Source of the DNA: Gammaproteobacteria bacterium
GTDB lineage: Bacteria > Pseudomonadota > Gammaproteobacteria > Ga0077554 > Ga007554
Direction: 5' to 3'
DNA: 64,000 bases
Assembly: GCA_021731145.1 (NCBI GenBank)
Contig: JAKFXX010000007.1
Span: 72,108-136,107 of the forward strand
In this document: positions 10,301 to 18,121 of the stretch, in pieces
Layout: each line of letters starts with the position of its first letter
Position numbering within the stretch: the stretch's first letter is position 1
The notes under the pieces: model-generated
Database searches by the model: none
The model's input: only the letters and a program-made list of their open reading frames with translations
What the model was told of the DNA's origin: nothing
Program-made: the position numbers and the translations under genes

Positions 10301-13300
10301 GCGCGCGGAAACGGTTTCGCTGTCAAAACCGAACAACGCGGTCTCTGACGTGGCCGTGCCCGTGGGCACCGGCAAGCTGAATATCGACGCGCAACGGGTG
10401 ATGCTGGGCAAGGGCAAAACCGCACAGAGCAGTGACAACACGGAAGCGGGTTTTGCTGACGTCAAAGGTTTTACCATCAAAGGCTTTGATGGTGGCGTGA
10501 AGCTCGCTGCCGCGCAGGAGATCGTCGCCCAGGGACGCGGCAAACTCGATGTCGATGGCGATCTTGCCCTGGAGTCCTCCCGCATTACGGCGGCGGGCGG
10601 CGCCCGGCAGGCAATAACGGCCACTGGCGCAGTGAATATCACCCAACCCACGGTCGTGGCGAATCTTGGACAAGCCACCGCCCTGGCCGGGCGCCTGGAT
10701 TTCGTGGGCAAAAGCATCAATCATCAAGGCCGGATCGACCTCCCCACGGGCGTGGTGACAATGACCGCCAAGGGCGCGGATGCAACAGACAGCGTTACCC
10801 TTGCGGCAGGTTCGCAAATCAATGCGCCTGGATTCGTCAAGCGTTTCGACGACGTCGCCGCGTATGCGGCCGGGGGCAGCGTCACGCTGGTCTCGGAGCA
10901 CGGTGATGTGAATGTCAATTCAGGCGCATTGGTGGATGTGTCAGGCACGGCGCAGAGCGATGCGGGCCGTTTGACGCTCCGTGCGGCGCAAGGGCGGGCG
11001 AATATTGAAGGGAGCCTGAAGGGAGCCGCAGGCAGCACCTCACGCAAGGGTACTTTCACGCTGGATGCGGGTAAGATTTCTGACTTTAGCGCGCTGAACA
11101 ATACCCTGAACGCCGCCGAATTTGGCGAGGCGCGCAACATCCGCGTGCGCGGTGGCGACATCGCCGTGGCTGAGGGTGACACCATCAAGGCGCACCAGGT
11201 CAGCCTCGTCGCGGATGATGGCAGGATAGACGTGAAAGGCACAGTGGATGCCTCTGGCGACACCGGCGGAAGAATCGGGCTGTATGCGCAAAAAGACGTA
11301 ATGCTGCATAAAGGCGGCAGGCTTGATGCCCGCGCCATGGCTGCGGACAAAAAGGGCGGCAGTGTCACGCTGGCAACCAGCGCGGGCGAGATCGACCTGG
11401 AGTCGGGTGCGAGCATCGATGTTTCCGGCGGGGGCAAAGACAAAGGCGGCACAGTGCTGCTACGCGCGCCGCGCATCGACACTGACAATGACCAGAAAGA
11501 TGATAATGTCGCTATTAACCGCAAAGCAGGCACGGAGATCGCCATTCCCAGCGCATCCAGTGTTGTTATCGAAGGGGTTAAGGTGTACGACGCCACTACC
11601 ATTGCCGCGACAGGGGCCAAGGTGGCCACCGCTGCGGCAGCAAGCAATAAGTTGTACAGCGACACCAAGGGCTTCGCGCAGAACGCTGATGCCATCAAGG
11701 CGGGCCTCGGCAAAGGCGGTGATGCTAGCGTCCATGTGCGTGCGGGTGTGGAAATCCGCAGCCCCGGCGATTTGACCCTTGCTGCGGACTGGGATCTTTT
11801 TAATTGGCGTTTCAATGGTGAGCCTGGCGTACTTACCCTGCGCGCGCAAGGTGACCTGAAGCTTGATAAATCGATCAGTGATGGTTTTGCTTTTGCTTTT
11901 ACCAAGACGGGGGTCGATAAAGAGAAATCGCTGCTGCAAGCGGGAGACTCCTGGTCTTATCGTCTGGTGGCAGGGGCGGATCAAGGCAGTGCGGACCCCC
12001 TGGCCTTGCAGCTTCCGGGAGACGATACGGTGGGTGATGTTTTGCTTGCCGGCAAAACCATTGTTCGCACAGGCAACGGGACGATAGATATTGCCGCCGC
12101 GCGCGATGTTACCTTGGTCAGCGCGGAGTCGGTGATCTACACGGCGGGTGTGCCTGGGGGTCCTTTGAGTGATTTCACCCCTCCCCGTATGGGAGCGGAT
12201 GCTGCGGCAGTTACCGCTGCGTATCCCACGGCGGGCGGCGATATTCGCATCACCGCGCAAGGCAACATCGAGGCCAAGCAGCCGTCTCCCCAGCTCATCA
12301 CGGATTGGCTGTTCCGCCAAGGCAGCCTCAATGCCGACGGCACATTGGCGTCAAACTCATCTGTAAACGCCAATCACAAACAACCGGCCTGGCGGCCGGT
12401 GTTTAGCCAGTTCAAGCAGGGGATAGGCGCGCTGGGTGGCGGTGATATTTCCATTACAGCCGACGGTGATATTGACAACCTTTCGGCGGTCATCCCCACC
12501 AATGGCCGGCTGGGGGGAGCCAATGGCTCGATCCCCGATCCATCCAAACTGGTAGTGCAGGGTGGCGGCAATCTGAGCGTGACGGCGGGCGGCGATATTC
12601 GCAGCGGTATTTTCTATGTCGGCAAGGGCGTGGGCGACATCAAGGCCGGTGGTGCGCTGGGTTCGGCGCGTTCCGCGGATGGCAAGCCCTTATATACCTT
12701 GCTGGCGCTGGGCGAGGGCAGCTATAACGTCGCCTCTGGCGGTGAGTTGGCAGTGCAGCATGTGTTTAACCCTACCGTCGTGGCGCAAGCGGGTGGAAAT
12801 TTGAGTGGCACATCGAAGGATAAAAAATCTCAATTCTTTACCTATGACGCCGATAGCAAGGTGGCAATGACCTCGCTTTCCGGCGATGTGCGCTTTATCA
12901 ATGATTCGGCAAGCACGAAGAGTGTCTTTGGCAAAAATTCCGAGGGTATGTTTAACATCTATCCAGGCACGTTGTCCGCGTCGGCCTTGCAGGGAGGCAT
13001 TAGCTTGCATGGGCCTTTGGCGTTGTTCCCTGCGCCGCAAGGTAACTTGACCTTGCTTGCGGAAAAGTCGATCGATCTGAGCAGTAACACAGCGACGATC
13101 AATATGTCGGATGTGGCGCCTTCACGTTTGCCAAGCCCGCTTCATCCGCAGTCTGCTGACACTCTTGGGTTATATAAAGATGGGAACATCACAGCGCTGG
13201 TTTCAGCGGCGGACCTGGAAGGGCTCGATTATCACGACCCCGCCATCCTGCATCGTAACGACGCAGAGCCGGTGCGAATCTATGCGCAAACCGGGAGTAT

Positions 13301-14711
13301 CACCGGTGGCAACGCTCAGCGTTTTGCCATTCTACCCAAGCGGGCGTTACTCAGCGCCGGTGTGGACATTAAAAATGTTTCGCTCGCCGGGCAAAACCTG
13401 CGTGATACGGACGTGACCCGCCTTCAGGCCGGGCGCGATGTCATATTCCAGATCCAGCGTAATGATTCAGATGGTAAAATTATTTTTAGCCCAGGCCTCG
13501 AAGATCTCCCCATGAGCGGCCCCGGACGGGTGGAGGTGATTGCCGGGCGCGATGTGGATCTGGGCAGTTCCAGCGGCATCGTCACCAAGGGCAACCTCTA
13601 CAACCCCTTTCTCCCGGAACAGGGCGCCTCAGTGCTGGTATACGCGGGGGCGTCCGCGCCGGCGGATTACGCCGCATTCACCGCGCGCTACATCGAGCCG
13701 CGCGGCGCGGCAACAGGCGGGCGTGACTATATCCCCGAGCTTGCCAGTTACATGCGTGGCCAGAGTGGCGATTTGGGTCTCACTGAGGATGCGGCACTCG
13801 CTCAATTCAAGGCCTTGCCGCAAGAATCGCAGGCCGCGTTCATCAACCGTGTGTTCTTCGCCGAACTCAGATCCTCCGGCCGCGCCGCAGCCGATGTAAA
13901 AGGCCCGGAATACCGTAACTACAGCCATGGCAGAGCGCTCATTGCCACCCTGTTCCCAGCCGTCGAGGGTTCCGCAGGCCAGCCTGAAGGGGACATCAGG
14001 CTATATTTCAGCCAGATCAAAACCGAACAAGGCGGAGATATTGATTTGCTCGCGCCCCATGGTTTGGTCAATGCGGGGCTTGCCACTGCCAAGGGTGTAA
14101 ACAAAACAGCCGCAAACCTCGGTATCGTCAGCGTGCGTGGCGGCAATATAAACGCTTTTGTGCGCGACGATTTTCTGGTCAACCAGTCACGGGTGTTTAC
14201 CATGGCGGGTGGCGATATTCTGATCTGGTCCGACAAGGGCGATATCGACGCCGGCAAAGGCTCAAAAACCGCCAGCGCCACACCGCCGCCACGGCTGAGA
14301 TTGAACAAGGATGGTAGACTCTTTTTTGATATCACCGACTCGGTGACGGGCAGCGGCATCGGCACATTGCTCAGCAAGGAAGGCGTCAGGCCGGGCGATG
14401 TCGATTTGATAGCGCCCGCAGGCGTGGTGAACGCGGGTGATGCGGGCATCCGTGCCAAGGGTGACATCTTCATCCCTGGTTTGGTAGTGGGTGGGGATAA
14501 TATCCGGGCGGGGGGTACCATCACCGGCGTACCCGTCAGCGATAGTGGCGCATTCGCCGGTGCCCTGAGCGGCGTCAGCAACCTTGGCGCCGACACCAGC
14601 AAAATTGCCGAAAAGGCCACCCAGGATCTCTCCGCGTCGGCCGCCAATCCAGTGAAAAACACCTTCCGGCCTTCATTCCTGACGGTGGAGGTGATCGGAT
14701 TCGGTGATTGA
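4347..14711 (+). CDS. Filamentous hemagglutinin family TpsA exoprotein (3454 aa) with an extended signal peptide and an N-terminal TPS secretion domain
   Basis: It has an ESPR-type N-terminus (MNANLFRLVFSARLG...) and a TPS domain (NPINTLPFASSG...VLNWQSFNIGAGNSVEFRQP...ILGNLKANGQLYLINQNGIIFG). The body is long and Gly/Ala/Thr-rich, consistent with a beta-helical fold. I saw no VENN or CdiA-CT toxin boundary. Confidence 0.9.
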   Translation: MNANLFRLVFSARLGALVPAWEGARARRAGKGGQRGRAGKHAALFAGAAGVLLCVFPVHAELPMPCGGGACGTNPINTLPFASSGRADFSSNGVSAIINQLDQRVVLNWQSFNIGAGNSVEFRQPDAGSAALNRIWQGSPSEILGNLKANGQLYLINQNGIIFGKDAQVNASSLVASALNISDDVFKNGGIYGESSGANPVFTWEDGSGVEYSASFIRVDNGAKIASASGGVVMMLAPKVENHGSISAPGGQAVLAAGAKVYLSLLSDNEVNGLPAGSSLRGFAGLLVEVDPHASGLGGEVTNIGQIVAERGNITLAGLAVNQMGRVTATTSLRQKGSIMLLAADTKAGGDKTKIPVGQRTGALVLGKDSVTEVLPETNDATTNFDGQGFSPSTVDLAGKSIEMRENAAIVAPGGKVSLVAREDQRLPVPSESKIYMAPGSRIDVSGTKDVDVPMERNFIEVELRGNELKDSPLQRDGALRGKKVWIDIRKGTPLADVSGYTAQVGRTVAERTAEGGEVSLVSAGDIVMRENAVIDVSAGGLRYRDGQGKTTQLVSQGRVYDIGDAPADVIYDGIASFTKESRKWGITSTWSAFGGDGSLSRFEQGYYEGKNAGSVTFLASGLALDGTLTGKAAAGVHQRGSGVLPLGGKFTLGDVSQAGASTPDFRIPDVLFSAQKNPLPDDFTFDELKAKGLPESFRNRVTLSTGVLQAGGFNRIGVYSNGRIEVPKGVSISLAPGSWLGKDEEGKDKIYTASLTLTGRKLDILGDIDVPAGKITLASKRTLGSELLQQAEDFRVNVGADAGITARGLWVNDSRWVTPVTGADPLLINGGSISVSAFSDVALSSGSVLDVSGGGWVKPNNRLQVGNAGTLSLASGSFVNINRPDRFESTLYLDGELYGYALSSGNTVGKGGTLSLSTSSVKIGGTPSPVPGVLSLATGVFQSGGFKDYTITGMEGVTVSRGAQVAPLAESRVLTPDFVTRRSGADIGGFSRRQVLLPEQRAPGTITFAAGSSLWGAISVEEGAQVRTDPGGTITLSAGSQISLFGALEAPAGKILLDIKGYAVNGTFEPNRFVWLGGNSRLLAQGFARTQTNNQGLLQGEVLAGGEINVSAPQDTYLVAEAGSVMDVSGVSATLDIPQQNNAGVSYRRDTIAGDAGVVNLAMSNMLLDGTLKGAAAGEHARGGSLILSSPVMVVKEDGASLPQGLTPGQNIAAKMLEPAASALQGKSFVTAKSVRDGGFDQITLTSLNTIEFDGDVSLALRRSITLDAPTIAAKENAKVDLAASYVSVGNSSIVKSASSGGGGTLDVDARLIDLEGNVALQGFGNVNLASTGDIRLKGVLQGSDFLARTLEGSLVTGGNLTLQADQIYPTTLSQFRLAVENNPTGSVTILGGGAPSPVLSAGGKLTVNAPNIVQQGVLKAPLGDITLAAEDTLTLGDGSITSVSAEGQIIPFGKTDLNGSDYLYPLAAVDLRLDAPPEKRIRLNGKAITVSENAVVDISGGGDLYAYEFIPGPGGSRDVLDAANAGDVFAILPGRASEFAPYDSHYYQGNKGIKPGDSVYLSGVEGLPAGFYAMMPARYALLPGAFLVKPVSGYQDMSPGQAVKLTDGATIVSGYHAAVGLDGSILRDARTSGFAVRPGASARTQSEYLDSTASGFFANSPGTQLSGDAGNLSIAATQSLTLNGVLKGDHAAGRNGSEVDITADRLAIVGAGADTSGLEGFMQLDAASLNKFSASSLLLGGTRKRTEKGMEIRMDARQVVVANTASSALRGPEVLLAAKDEVRVKAGSVVEGKGAASGKPQDIAIGFTIRDTDNDGVIGKADTNRGDVNHDGVIDGQDNVDGNGALLRVASGEAVAITRESVDRSQGDLVVEAGAVLRADKSMILDATRDNRSEGTLALGEGGALSVGAQRISLGEAGDVREGLVFSNAQLAALNNLGSLTLRSYSAVDIYGGGDFGSKALKNLSIEAAGFGGYQNAGQTATLRAETVSLSKPNNAVSDVAVPVGTGKLNIDAQRVMLGKGKTAQSSDNTEAGFADVKGFTIKGFDGGVKLAAAQEIVAQGRGKLDVDGDLALESSRITAAGGARQAITATGAVNITQPTVVANLGQATALAGRLDFVGKSINHQGRIDLPTGVVTMTAKGADATDSVTLAAGSQINAPGFVKRFDDVAAYAAGGSVTLVSEHGDVNVNSGALVDVSGTAQSDAGRLTLRAAQGRANIEGSLKGAAGSTSRKGTFTLDAGKISDFSALNNTLNAAEFGEARNIRVRGGDIAVAEGDTIKAHQVSLVADDGRIDVKGTVDASGDTGGRIGLYAQKDVMLHKGGRLDARAMAADKKGGSVTLATSAGEIDLESGASIDVSGGGKDKGGTVLLRAPRIDTDNDQKDDNVAINRKAGTEIAIPSASSVVIEGVKVYDATTIAATGAKVATAAAASNKLYSDTKGFAQNADAIKAGLGKGGDASVHVRAGVEIRSPGDLTLAADWDLFNWRFNGEPGVLTLRAQGDLKLDKSISDGFAFAFTKTGVDKEKSLLQAGDSWSYRLVAGADQGSADPLALQLPGDDTVGDVLLAGKTIVRTGNGTIDIAAARDVTLVSAESVIYTAGVPGGPLSDFTPPRMGADAAAVTAAYPTAGGDIRITAQGNIEAKQPSPQLITDWLFRQGSLNADGTLASNSSVNANHKQPAWRPVFSQFKQGIGALGGGDISITADGDIDNLSAVIPTNGRLGGANGSIPDPSKLVVQGGGNLSVTAGGDIRSGIFYVGKGVGDIKAGGALGSARSADGKPLYTLLALGEGSYNVASGGELAVQHVFNPTVVAQAGGNLSGTSKDKKSQFFTYDADSKVAMTSLSGDVRFINDSASTKSVFGKNSEGMFNIYPGTLSASALQGGISLHGPLALFPAPQGNLTLLAEKSIDLSSNTATINMSDVAPSRLPSPLHPQSADTLGLYKDGNITALVSAADLEGLDYHDPAILHRNDAEPVRIYAQTGSITGGNAQRFAILPKRALLSAGVDIKNVSLAGQNLRDTDVTRLQAGRDVIFQIQRNDSDGKIIFSPGLEDLPMSGPGRVEVIAGRDVDLGSSSGIVTKGNLYNPFLPEQGASVLVYAGASAPADYAAFTARYIEPRGAATGGRDYIPELASYMRGQSGDLGLTEDAALAQFKALPQESQAAFINRVFFAELRSSGRAAADVKGPEYRNYSHGRALIATLFPAVEGSAGQPEGDIRLYFSQIKTEQGGDIDLLAPHGLVNAGLATAKGVNKTAANLGIVSVRGGNINAFVRDDFLVNQSRVFTMAGGDILIWSDKGDIDAGKGSKTASATPPPRLRLNKDGRLFFDITDSVTGSGIGTLLSKEGVRPGDVDLIAPAGVVNAGDAGIRAKGDIFIPGLVVGGDNIRAGGTITGVPVSDSGAFAGALSGVSNLGADTSKIAEKATQDLSASAANPVKNTFRPSFLTVEVIGFGD

Positions 14712-14949
14712 TTATCTTTGAATGTATGCGCTGTGCCCATGAAGGGGGCAATGTGCGCACCGGAGCAAGCAGCCTGGGCGACGTGGAACGGAATCCAGGC
14801 TGCGCACTTCATTTGATCAAACTGTCTGCTATTAACAATTCTGCAACATTTGGCGGGTAAAGTACCCCCTTCCTAAGCAAGCTCATCCCGTTGATGGGGT
14901 GGACGACAGCATATTCCTTCGATCAACCGGATTCACGAATAAAAACGTC

Positions 14950-16743
14950 ATGAAATTGCAATCCAACAAAAAGATATCGCGCATTTTTTTATTACTGGCG
15001 GGTTTGATGACGCTTGTCCCAGGTGTTTCCCACGCCTGGTGGAGTGACGATTGGTCGTATCGCAAAAAGATAACCCTCAATACCACGGAAAGTGGAGCAA
15101 GTATCAAGGAGAGTTTGGCGTCCGTGCCGGTCTTGGTGCGTCTGCACAGCGGCAATTTCGATTTTTTGAGCAGCAAGGAAGACGGATCGGACCTGCGTTT
15201 TGTCAGTGGCGATGACAAAACACCGCTCAAATATCACATCGAAAAATTCGATGGGCTGAATGAGCTTGCCGTGATCTGGGTACAGGTGCCGGCGCTGTCG
15301 GCACAATCCAGCGCCGACGCAATGTGGCTGTATTACGGCAATGAAAAGGCGGCCGCAGGCGATGACGCCAAAGGCACTTACGACGTTAATCAGGTGGTTG
15401 CCTATCATTTTGGCGGCCAGGGCGCACCCAAGGATCAAACCGCCTATGCCAACAGTGCAGCACAGTCCACGGCGAGCGAAGCCGCTGCATCATTGATCGG
15501 CGCAGGCGCAATATTCAATGCTACAAGCACCATAACCATACCGGCATCACCTTCACTCAACTTTACCGCAGAGAAGGGCTTCACGTTTTCCGCATGGATC
15601 AAGACTGCTGCGACGCAGGCGAATGCCGTAATTTTTTCCCAGCAGGAGGGCGCGGCGTCGCTGGTTATCGGCATGGATCAAGCGGGGGTGTATGCCCGCA
15701 TGCCCGGTGCGGAAACAAAACGTGTCGCGTTGGCGCCAGGCGCATGGCACCACGTGGCGGTAAGCGCCGGTAAGCGCCTGGTTGTTTATGTCGATGGCGT
15801 TGAGGCAGCAGCGGCGGATGCCGCCCTGCCGCCGCTGGGTGGGAATATCACGCTGGGCACCTCATTTACCGGTGAGATGGATGAGGTGCAGATATCAAAC
15901 GTTGCCCGTTCCGCGGACTGGATTAAAGCAGCGGCGCAAGGGGAAGGCGTTGATGCGAAGTTGATCGCCTACGGCGCGGATGAACAAACAGAGGGCGGCG
16001 ACTCATCTTATTTTAAGACTATCCTGCAATCCGTTACGCTCGATGGCTGGGTGGTGATCGCGATTTTGATGGTGATGGCCGTCATAAGCTGGATCGTGAT
16101 GGTGAACAAGGCTGTCGTCATCGGCAGAATGACCAGGGATAATGAAAAATTTATCACGTCTTTCCAGAAAGTCGCGGCTGATCCAGGCGTGCTGGACAGG
16201 GATGATGATCAGGATGATAACGCCAATAAAGAGACGCCTTTTGCCGCAGCATTGTTCGGGCGGCACGATCATTACCAAAGCTCGCCGATTTACCGCATCT
16301 ATCATGTTGGTGTGCAGGAAATCAAACACCGCTTTGGCAACACCGATCCCAAACTTGTAGGCAAGGCGCTCTCGCCGCAAGCCATCGGTGCGATTCGTGC
16401 CAGCCTCGATGGGGCATTGGTCAGGGAAAATCAGAAGCTCTCCAGCCAGATGGTGTTGCTCACCATCGCCATCAGTGGTGGGCCGTTCCTTGGTTTGCTC
16501 GGCACCGTGGTGGGCGTGATGATCACCTTCGCCGCGATTGCCGCCAGTGGTGACGTCAACGTCAATGCCATTGCGCCCGGTATTGCCGCAGCGCTGGTGG
16601 CTACCGTGGCGGGTCTGGCCGTGGCGATTCCAGCACTGTTTGGCTACAACTACCTGATCAGTAAAATCAAGAATATCACTGCGGATATGCATGTATTCGT
16701 CGATGAGTTTGTTCACAAGCTGGCTGAGAACTACGGAACTTAG
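14950..16743 (+). CDS. DUF2341 plus LamG-like domain fused to a MotA/TolQ/ExbB proton-channel domain
   Basis: It has a signal peptide and the DUF2341 signature (WWSDDWSYRKKITL). A beta-rich LamG-like middle region follows. The C-terminus has three transmembrane helices with the ExbB/TolQ motif (LLTIAISGGPFLGLLGTVVGVMITFAAIA). Confidence 0.8.
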   Translation: MKLQSNKKISRIFLLLAGLMTLVPGVSHAWWSDDWSYRKKITLNTTESGASIKESLASVPVLVRLHSGNFDFLSSKEDGSDLRFVSGDDKTPLKYHIEKFDGLNELAVIWVQVPALSAQSSADAMWLYYGNEKAAAGDDAKGTYDVNQVVAYHFGGQGAPKDQTAYANSAAQSTASEAAASLIGAGAIFNATSTITIPASPSLNFTAEKGFTFSAWIKTAATQANAVIFSQQEGAASLVIGMDQAGVYARMPGAETKRVALAPGAWHHVAVSAGKRLVVYVDGVEAAAADAALPPLGGNITLGTSFTGEMDEVQISNVARSADWIKAAAQGEGVDAKLIAYGADEQTEGGDSSYFKTILQSVTLDGWVVIAILMVMAVISWIVMVNKAVVIGRMTRDNEKFITSFQKVAADPGVLDRDDDQDDNANKETPFAAALFGRHDHYQSSPIYRIYHVGVQEIKHRFGNTDPKLVGKALSPQAIGAIRASLDGALVRENQKLSSQMVLLTIAISGGPFLGLLGTVVGVMITFAAIAASGDVNVNAIAPGIAAALVATVAGLAVAIPALFGYNYLISKIKNITADMHVFVDEFVHKLAENYGT

Positions 16744-16783
16744 TACATGAACACATAAATTGTGCAGCGTAATGCCGCACGAT

Positions 16784-16830
16784 TGTAGGTCGGCCTTCAG
16801 GCCGACATATCCGGCTAAAGCCAGACCTAC
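16784..16830. repeat. REP-like palindromic element (TGTAGGTC...GACCTACA)
   Basis: tgtaggtc (16784-16791) and gacctaca (16823-16830) flank an inner hairpin gtcggcc-ttca-ggccgac. It lies between the ExbB-like and ExbD-like genes. Confidence 0.65.
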
Positions 16831-16892
16831 ATGGGGTTCGGATCATGTTTCGTAATTTATAATTTCATGTGCTAGGACTGGAGGATAAAACG

Positions 16893-17297
16893 ATGCAAGT
16901 GCAGTCCGAAGATAAACCGTACGATGACATCAACGTCACGCCCATGCTCGATCTGGCGTATGTGTTGCTGGTAATTTTCATCATCATGACCACCGCTTCG
17001 GTACAGGGTATCAAGGTCAATCTGCCCAAGGCCAGCGCCACACCAAGCCTGGCTAAACCGACCACCAAGGCGATTACGATCACCGATGCCGGGCAAATAT
17101 TTCTCGACACCTATCCGGTGACGATGTCGGAGCTGGAAACACAGTTGCGCAGTTACAAGGCAGCCAACCCAAGTTTTCCCGTGGTCATCAAGGGCGACGC
17201 CAAGGTTCAGTATGAAAAGGTGATTGACGTGCTGGACTTGATGGGCAAGCTCGATATTACGCAATTGGGTTTGGTTACACAGAAAATTGTCAAATAA
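16893..17297 (+). CDS. ExbD/TolR family biopolymer transport protein
   Basis: A single N-terminal transmembrane helix (NVTPMLDLAYVLLVIFIIMT) is followed by a periplasmic domain typical of ExbD/TolR. It is adjacent to the ExbB-like gene. Confidence 0.8.
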   Translation: MQVQSEDKPYDDINVTPMLDLAYVLLVIFIIMTTASVQGIKVNLPKASATPSLAKPTTKAITITDAGQIFLDTYPVTMSELETQLRSYKAANPSFPVVIKGDAKVQYEKVIDVLDLMGKLDITQLGLVTQKIVK

Positions 17298-17336
17298 GAG
17301 CGCTATGCCAGGCTCGATTTTGTTGGGATGTAACGT

Positions 17337-18032
17337 GTGAGTGCCGACAAGCAGTTTCTGTTCCGCTGGGCGCCCAGGCTGATAGTGGTGGCGTTCCTCC
17401 TGCTGTTTCTTGTGGCGGCGGTCTATTTTCTGAGAGATATCATCTTTGCTGATGATAGCCACAAAAAAAATGTGATCCATGAGATCTCGCTGATAAAGCC
17501 GCCGCCGCCTCCCAAGCCAGAGGAAAAACCACCGGAGCCGGAGGTGAAAAAAGAAGAGGTAAAAATCCCCGAGCCGGAAACGCCGCCTCCTCCTGCTGAT
17601 CAGCCTGATAATGCCAAGCAAGACGAACCACCGCCCGCAAACGACTTGGGGCTGGATGCTGATGGTCAGGCGGGTTCTGATTCCTTTGGCTTGGGTGCCA
17701 ACAAAGGGGGAAGAAGCATCATCGGAGGGGGGGGCGGTAACGGCGGTGGTGGAAATCGCTACGGCTGGTATGCGGGAATGATTGAAAAGGGAATTCAGGA
17801 TGTTTTGGACAAGAATAAAGAGCTTGCCAAAGATAACTATAAGGTTGTCATAAAAGTCTGGGTCAACAAGGACGGGAGCGTCGAGCGCTTTGATCTTGGC
17901 GGTTCTTCCGGGAATCCAGAGACGGATAAGGCGATAAGGACGGCACTGAAAGAAATGACACGGGTGAAAGAACCGCCTCCAGACGGAATGCCGCAACCTG
18001 TAAAGCTGCGCATCACTTCGCGTTTGTTGTAA
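17337..18032 (+). CDS. TonB-like energy transducer (N-terminal transmembrane helix, Pro/Glu/Lys-rich spacer, C-terminal TonB-like domain)
   Basis: It has a transmembrane helix (LIVVAFLLLFLVAAVYFL), a spacer (PPPPKPEEKPPEPEVKKEEVKIPEPETPPPP), a Gly-rich stretch and a C-terminal domain (YKVVIKVWVNKDGSVERFDL...). A GTG start is assumed. Confidence 0.6.
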   Translation: MSADKQFLFRWAPRLIVVAFLLLFLVAAVYFLRDIIFADDSHKKNVIHEISLIKPPPPPKPEEKPPEPEVKKEEVKIPEPETPPPPADQPDNAKQDEPPPANDLGLDADGQAGSDSFGLGANKGGRSIIGGGGGNGGGGNRYGWYAGMIEKGIQDVLDKNKELAKDNYKVVIKVWVNKDGSVERFDLGGSSGNPETDKAIRTALKEMTRVKEPPPDGMPQPVKLRITSRLL

Positions 18033-18121
18033 GTCGGCAGGTAATGCCGGATTACCTGATGATTTTCATCCCTCTGGGGTGAGGATTGAGATGAAAAATT
18101 CACAGTGAGAAGAACCTGGAA

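Noticed and set aside
10724-11905. Long antisense ORFs inside tpsA (393 aa here; also 9419-9823, 10274-10901 and 13919-14812 on the minus strand)
   Set aside because: They are fully contained within the 10 kb TpsA gene on the opposite strand. High-GC mirror frames have no RBS and carry Ala/Ser/Pro/Arg-rich low-complexity translations. They are not credible genes.
16003-17996. Minus-strand ORFs of 237 aa and 374 aa overlapping the ExbB-like, ExbD and TonB-like genes
   Set aside because: They are antisense to genes with clear family signatures. They are His/Arg-rich and have no support.
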